Part shown: positions 27,738-32,000 of the stretch, piece by piece
Numbering within the stretch: the first letter of the stretch is position 1
Layout: every line of letters begins with the position of its first letter
Origin: Pelobacter sp.
Lineage (GTDB): Bacteria > Desulfobacterota > Desulfuromonadia > Geobacterales > Pseudopelobacteraceae
Length of the DNA stretch: 32,000 nt
NCBI GenBank assembly: GCA_030824515.1
Contig: JAVBXN010000046.1
Span: 29,370-61,369 of the forward strand
Direction: 5' to 3'
Notes under the pieces: generated by a model
Database searches by the model: none
What the model saw: only the letters and a program-made list of their open reading frames with translations
What the model was told of the DNA's origin: nothing
Translations under genes and position numbers: made by a program

Positions 27738-28689
27738 GGTCGGCGCCTCCTCGGGACTTGAATATCCTCCTGAAAAGGTCAGGGACTCCACGTACCAGCC
27801 CCCCCGGCATGAACATCACCATTAACACCAGCAGGCCGCCGTAGATGATGATGTCGTAATCCTGGGCAGCCCGCAGGAATTCAGGCAGCAGCGTCAACAG
27901 TGCCGCTCCCAGGAACGAGCCATAAACGCTGCCCAGACCGCCGATCACCACCATGGTCAGCAGCTCCACGGAGAAGTTGAAGCCGAATGAGGCCGGTGAT
28001 ATGAAGGTCATCGTGTGTGCATAGAGACTGCCGGCCAGCGACGAAATAACCGCGGACAGGGCAAATATCTGCACCTTGAGCAGGCGGGCATTGACTCCGA
28101 CCACCTGGGCCGCCACCTCGGAATCATGCACTGCGCGCAGCGCCCGCCCGACTCGGGAATTGGCCAGGTTGATCGAAAACAGGACCACCGCCAGCGTGAT
28201 GCCCCAAATCAGGTAATAGTTTTTCACGTCGGAATCGAAAACGATCCCACCCGCTTCCAGATAGGGTATTCCGGAGAGACCGGACGGACCACCGGTCAGG
28301 TCAACGGTTTCGTTGAACACGATATAGATTATGATTCCGAGGCCGAGCGTGGCCATGGCCAGATAATGCCCTTTAAGCTTCAGGACGGGAAATCCGATCA
28401 GGTAGGCCATGCAGCCGACAATAATCGCCGCCACCGGCATGGCCTGCCAGGGGTTCCAGGCATATGTGGTAGTCAGGATACCGGACAGATAGGCCCCCAA
28501 CCCGAAGAAGCCGGCATGACCGAGTGAGATCTGGCCGGCGTAACCCAAAAGCAGATTGAGTGCAATTGCCAGCATGGTGTTGATGCCGACAAAAACCAGT
28601 ACATTCATCAGATAGCCGCCCTTGAACTGCAGGGGCAGCAACAGCACAAAAACGGAGAAAGCAACAAATTTCAGCAGTTCTCTTTTCAT
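27730..28689 (-). CDS. livM: Branched-chain amino acid ABC transporter permease
   Basis: The 319-aa polytopic protein contains the LivM-like sequence LLLGYAGQISLGHAGFFGLGAY. Confidence 0.9.
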
Positions 28690-28693
28690 GGTA

Positions 28694-29575
28694 TCAGACC
28701 CGCTCCGAATCGGCTTTGCCGAACAGTCCCTGCGGGCGGATGAAGAGGATCAGCAGCAGTATGATGAAAGCGATGGCATCCTTGTACCCTGACGAAATCA
28801 GGCCGGCGCCCAGTGATTCCAACACTCCCAGCAACAAACCACCCACCACCGTGGCTATGCCGCTGCTCATGCCGCCGATGATCGCGGCGCAGAATCCTTT
28901 CAAGCCAAGCATGACACCGACATCATAGGCGATCATCGTCAGCGGGGCGACTATGATGCCGGCCACGGCGCCCATGGCGGAGCTGATCATGAATGAGAAA
29001 AGGACCATGCGGCGAACGTCTATACCAACCAGACCGGCGGCACGGCGGTTATAGGCGCAGGCCCGCATGGCCTTGCCGCTGATGGTATGGTAAAAGTAAA
29101 ACTTGTTGATCACGATTATCACCACCGTGATGGCAAGTATCCAAAGGTGCTGCGGCAGAATAGTGGCGCCGCCGATCGCGATCGGATCATCGCCACTGAA
29201 AGAGGGTATCGCATGGGTGTCCTTGCCCCAGATCAGCATCGCCATACCACGGATCAGGATACTGCCTCCGATGGTAATGATAACCAGGTTGATCGGGGTC
29301 GGTTGCCTGAGCGGCCTGATTGCCAATCGCTCGAACAGCAGACCTGCCAAAGTTGATACAGCCACAGCACATGGAATCGCAGCCCAGATCGGCAGTTTCA
29401 GCAGATCCAGACAGGACAGTGTCAGCAATCCGCCCAGCATGACAAACTCGCCCTGGGCGAAGTTGATGATACCGGTTGCATTGTAGATGATAGAGAAGCC
29501 GATGCCGATCAGCGCGTAGATTGCGCCGGTCGACAGACCGGACAGGGTATATTGAAGTATCTGATCGAACTGCAT
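28694..29575 (-). CDS. livH: Branched-chain amino acid ABC transporter permease
   Basis: The ATG at 29575 gives MQFDQILQYTLSGLSTGAIYALIGIGFSIIY, a canonical LivH N-terminus. The longer ORF (to 29680) would read through the intergenic hairpins. Confidence 0.9.
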   Translation of the reverse strand: MQFDQILQYTLSGLSTGAIYALIGIGFSIIYNATGIINFAQGEFVMLGGLLTLSCLDLLKLPIWAAIPCAVAVSTLAGLLFERLAIRPLRQPTPINLVIITIGGSILIRGMAMLIWGKDTHAIPSFSGDDPIAIGGATILPQHLWILAITVVIIVINKFYFYHTISGKAMRACAYNRRAAGLVGIDVRRMVLFSFMISSAMGAVAGIIVAPLTMIAYDVGVMLGLKGFCAAIIGGMSSGIATVVGGLLLGVLESLGAGLISSGYKDAIAFIILLLILFIRPQGLFGKADSERV

Positions 29576-29591
29576 TTGGTCCCGTTTCTGA

Positions 29592-29622
29592 AATAAAAAC
29601 TCCCTCACCATCGAGGTGAGGG
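29592..29622 (-). terminator. Intra-operon rho-independent terminator/attenuator between livK and livH
   Basis: The minus strand reads CCCTCACC-TCGAT-GGTGAGGG, a perfect 8-bp stem, followed by AGTTTTTATTT. It lies about 17 nt upstream of the livH ATG. Confidence 0.55.
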
Positions 29623-29631
29623 TTGGAGCTT

Positions 29632-29689
29632 GGGTAGGGATCAAAATCACGCCCCACCCTGACTCCGACCCTCTCCCCAAGGGAGAGGG
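29632..29689 (-). repeat. REP-like GC-rich palindromic units in the livK-livH spacer
   Basis: The first hairpin is CCCTCTCCC-TTG-GGGAGAGGG (29669..29689; 9 bp). The second is GGGTGGGG/CCCTACCC (29632..29659), which pairs fully, including one G-U pair, only in the minus-strand transcript. The sequence class (GGAGAGGG..GGGTGGGG) resembles widespread extragenic palindromes. Confidence 0.5.
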
Positions 29690-29711
29690 AGCATATTTTA
29701 TTTGTATTTTA

Positions 29712-30851
29712 CTATTTGACTATAACCCAGTCCTTGTTCTTGATCTCCACCAGCACAAAAGCATCCTTGCCCAATCCGGCATGATCCTGAGCGCTATAGT
29801 TAAACGTGCCGCCAATTCCAAAGAAGTTCCTGGTTTTTTCCAGTTGATCCCTAATCGATGAAGGTGTTTCTGCACCGCGCTCAATGGCATTCTTCAAAAG
29901 CATGACTGCGTCCCAGGCATGCCCGCCGAAATGGTCCCCTTCGGCCTTGTAGTGATTCTGATAATCCTTCACAAAAGATACGAGTGCTTTTTTCTGGGAC
30001 TCGGATTTCGGCAGCAGGTCACTCACCAACACCTTTCCGGAAGGAAGCTTGACGCCTTCCGCCGCATCACCGGCCAGCTCAATGAACTTCTTGGATGAAA
30101 CACCATGGCTCATGAACAGAGGCGTCTTGACGCCTAGTTGACGGGCATTTTTAGCGACCACTGCCGGTCCGGGATTGGTACCCCAGCAGATGATGGCCTG
30201 GGCGTTGGAGCCGCGGATTTTGGTCAATTGGGCGGTCATGTCCGTATCCTTGGGGCCGTAGGTATCATCAGAAACGATCTTGATGCCGTATTTGGCCGCC
30301 TGGGCCTTCAACTGCTCGCGACCCGAAGCGCCGAAACCGTCGGAAACGGTCAGGATCGCAACGTTGGTCTGCTTATGTTTCTGCAGGTATTCGTAAATTC
30401 TGCCAACCGCCAGCGAGTCGTTCTGGGCCGTTTTGAACACCCATTTCTTGACCGGATCGGTGATTTTACTGCCGGCGGAGCAGGAGATCAGAGGGATCTG
30501 TTCCTTCTCGGCCACGGGAATTACCGCCATCGTTTCGCCGGTCGTGCTGGGACCGATGATGGCAACGACCTTGTCGTCCTTGATCAGCTTGGTGGCAAGC
30601 TGCACCGCCTTGGTGGCATCACCGGCGGTGTCGTATGAAACCAGTTCCAACTTGCGCCCCTTGACCCCGCCGGCCTTGTTGATCTCGTCCACGATCATCT
30701 TGGCGGTGTTACGCTCTGGTTCGCCCAGAAAGGCAGCCGGGCCGGTCACGGCAAACAGCGCGCCGATCTTGATCGGGGCTGCAGCAAATACGTTTGTGGA
30801 AAGCAGCATGGTAACGGCTGCAAACAAAAATGAAAGAAGGCGGAAATTCAT
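29712..30851 (-). CDS. livK: Branched-chain amino acid ABC transporter periplasmic substrate-binding protein
   Basis: The 379-aa product has a signal peptide ending in NVFAA, followed by PIKIGALFAVTGPAAFLGEP, typical of the LivK/LivJ family. An ACGGAGGA ribosome-binding site precedes the start. Confidence 0.9.
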   Translation of the reverse strand: MNFRLLSFLFAAVTMLLSTNVFAAAPIKIGALFAVTGPAAFLGEPERNTAKMIVDEINKAGGVKGRKLELVSYDTAGDATKAVQLATKLIKDDKVVAIIGPSTTGETMAVIPVAEKEQIPLISCSAGSKITDPVKKWVFKTAQNDSLAVGRIYEYLQKHKQTNVAILTVSDGFGASGREQLKAQAAKYGIKIVSDDTYGPKDTDMTAQLTKIRGSNAQAIICWGTNPGPAVVAKNARQLGVKTPLFMSHGVSSKKFIELAGDAAEGVKLPSGKVLVSDLLPKSESQKKALVSFVKDYQNHYKAEGDHFGGHAWDAVMLLKNAIERGAETPSSIRDQLEKTRNFFGIGGTFNYSAQDHAGLGKDAFVLVEIKNKDWVIVK

Positions 30852-30882
30852 TGAGTGTCCTCCGTTAAAATTGGAATTTAAA

Positions 30883-32000
30883 TTACTTGATCAATGCCCA
30901 GTCGCCCTTGCTGACTTTGACCATCTCGAAAGCCGACAGGTCGAGCCCGTTGTGATCTTTCGGCGACATATTGAAAACGCCTGAAATGCTGATCAGCTTC
31001 TTGGTCTGTTCGATACCGCTGCGGATTTTATCGGGAGTTGTTCCTGCTTTCTTGATGGCAGTGGTAGCCAGCAACCAGGCATCGTAGGCGTAACCTCCGA
31101 AAGTGGAAGCCTCGACACCATACGCCTTTCTATAGGCCTGATCATAATCCTTGAGCAGCTTGTATTGCGTATCGCTTTTCGGCAGCACGTCGTAGATGGC
31201 CAGCTTGCCGGCCGGAAGCATCACGCCTTCAGCCGCATCTGGACCGGCCAGTTCGATGAACTTTTTGGATGCCACGCCATGGCTCATGTAAAGCGGAATC
31301 TTGATGCCAAGCTGCTTGACGTTCTTGGTGACTACGGCCGGTCCCGGATTGGTGCCCCAGCAGATGATCACGTCCGGCTTGATGCCGCGGATCTTGGTCA
31401 ATTGTGCGGTCATATCGGTATCTTTGGGACCATAGACTTCATCGGCTACGATTGAAAAACCTTTCTGTTTGGCCAGGGCCTTGATCTGCTCGCGACCGGA
31501 AGAACCGAAGCCGTCGGTGACAGTCAGCAGTGCAATGTTTTTCTGCTTCTGCTTTGCCATGTAGTTCAGGATTTTCTCGGCGGCAACATGGTCGTTAGCC
31601 GGAGTCTTGAACACCCAATGCTTGGCCGGTTCGGTAATCTTGATGCCTGCAGCACAGGAAATCAGCGGGATCTTTTCTTTTTCGGCAACCGGGATAACCG
31701 CCATCGATTCACCAGTGGTGCTGGGTCCGATGATCACGGAAACCTTGTCGTCCTTGATCAGCTTGGTGGCAAGCTGTACAGCCTTGGTGGCGTCGCCGGT
31801 GGTGTCGTAGATAACCGCCTCAACCTTCATGCCGTTGATGCCGCCCTTGTCATTGGCCTCCTTGACCAGCATTTCCAGCGTCTTCTTTTCAGGTTCGCCC
31901 AGAAATGAGGCCGGGCCCGTCACCGCAAAAAGACCACCGATCTTGATGGTGCCGGCTGCGAACGACATGGTTGCGAACATGAGACTGAAACAGAGCACAC
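30883..32000 (-). CDS. livK: Second LivK-type substrate-binding protein (tandem paralog); the 5' end is probably just beyond the window
   Basis: The sequence ...MSFAAGTIKIGGLFAVTGPASFLGEP aligns along its full length with the downstream paralog. The codon at 31998 is GTG, and the signal peptide looks truncated. Confidence 0.85.
   Translation of the reverse strand, partial: VLCFSLMFATMSFAAGTIKIGGLFAVTGPASFLGEPEKKTLEMLVKEANDKGGINGMKVEAVIYDTTGDATKAVQLATKLIKDDKVSVIIGPSTTGESMAVIPVAEKEKIPLISCAAGIKITEPAKHWVFKTPANDHVAAEKILNYMAKQKQKNIALLTVTDGFGSSGREQIKALAKQKGFSIVADEVYGPKDTDMTAQLTKIRGIKPDVIICWGTNPGPAVVTKNVKQLGIKIPLYMSHGVASKKFIELAGPDAAEGVMLPAGKLAIYDVLPKSDTQYKLLKDYDQAYRKAYGVEASTFGGYAYDAWLLATTAIKKAGTTPDKIRSGIEQTKKLISISGVFNMSPKDHNGLDLSAFEMVKVSKGDWALIK

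Noticed and set aside
29576-29680. The N-terminal extension of livH (MGRGSESGWGVILIPTQ...) and the plus-strand 81-aa ORF at 29616..29861 (..HPDSDPLPKGEGA..).
   Set aside because: Both read through the GC-rich palindromic hairpins and the terminator. Peptides such as PLPKGEG are the usual translation artefact of REP-like repeats. The canonical LivH N-terminus starts at the ATG at 29575.

Overview
This 32 kb window is chromosomal and looks like a delta-proteobacterial (Desulfuromonas/Geobacter-like) anaerobe. That guess rests only on gene content and the multiheme cytochrome. All domain calls come from motifs I read in the translations, since no database search was possible. Almost every gene is on the minus strand; only three genes, at 21000..24280, are on the plus strand. 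Reading the minus strand from high to low coordinates, the window contains the following. (1) A livK-livK-livH-livM-livG-livF branched-chain amino acid ABC transporter, with a highly structured spacer between livK and livH. (2) An HpnH-like radical SAM gene and a cytidylate-kinase-like gene. (3) On the plus strand, an M23 peptidase, a fused class II aldolase-like protein and a stand-alone decaheme c-type cytochrome. (4) A PilZ protein. (5) glnB-glnA, with a near-consensus sigma-54 promoter and an intrinsic terminator. (6) An operon of M50 protease, M29 aminopeptidase, a 168-aa unknown protein and a small protein ending in CHNCGCGC. (7) An HDOD protein. (8) A roughly 14 kb ABC-transporter (Wzm/Wzt)-dependent glycan operon. 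This operon holds a UbiA/DPPR-synthase-like prenyltransferase, two GT2 enzymes, an SDR, a B12-type radical SAM enzyme, an 870-aa TPR/GT-like protein, and a translationally coupled sugar-nucleotide module (epimerase, nucleotidyltransferase, GHMP kinase, split transketolase). The most interesting signal is a clearly AT-rich cassette (about 4222..10950) inside that operon, whose upper boundary falls inside wzt. It could be a swapped-in glycan chain-end modification and recognition module. I saw no tRNA, rRNA, CRISPR array, transposase or integrase.
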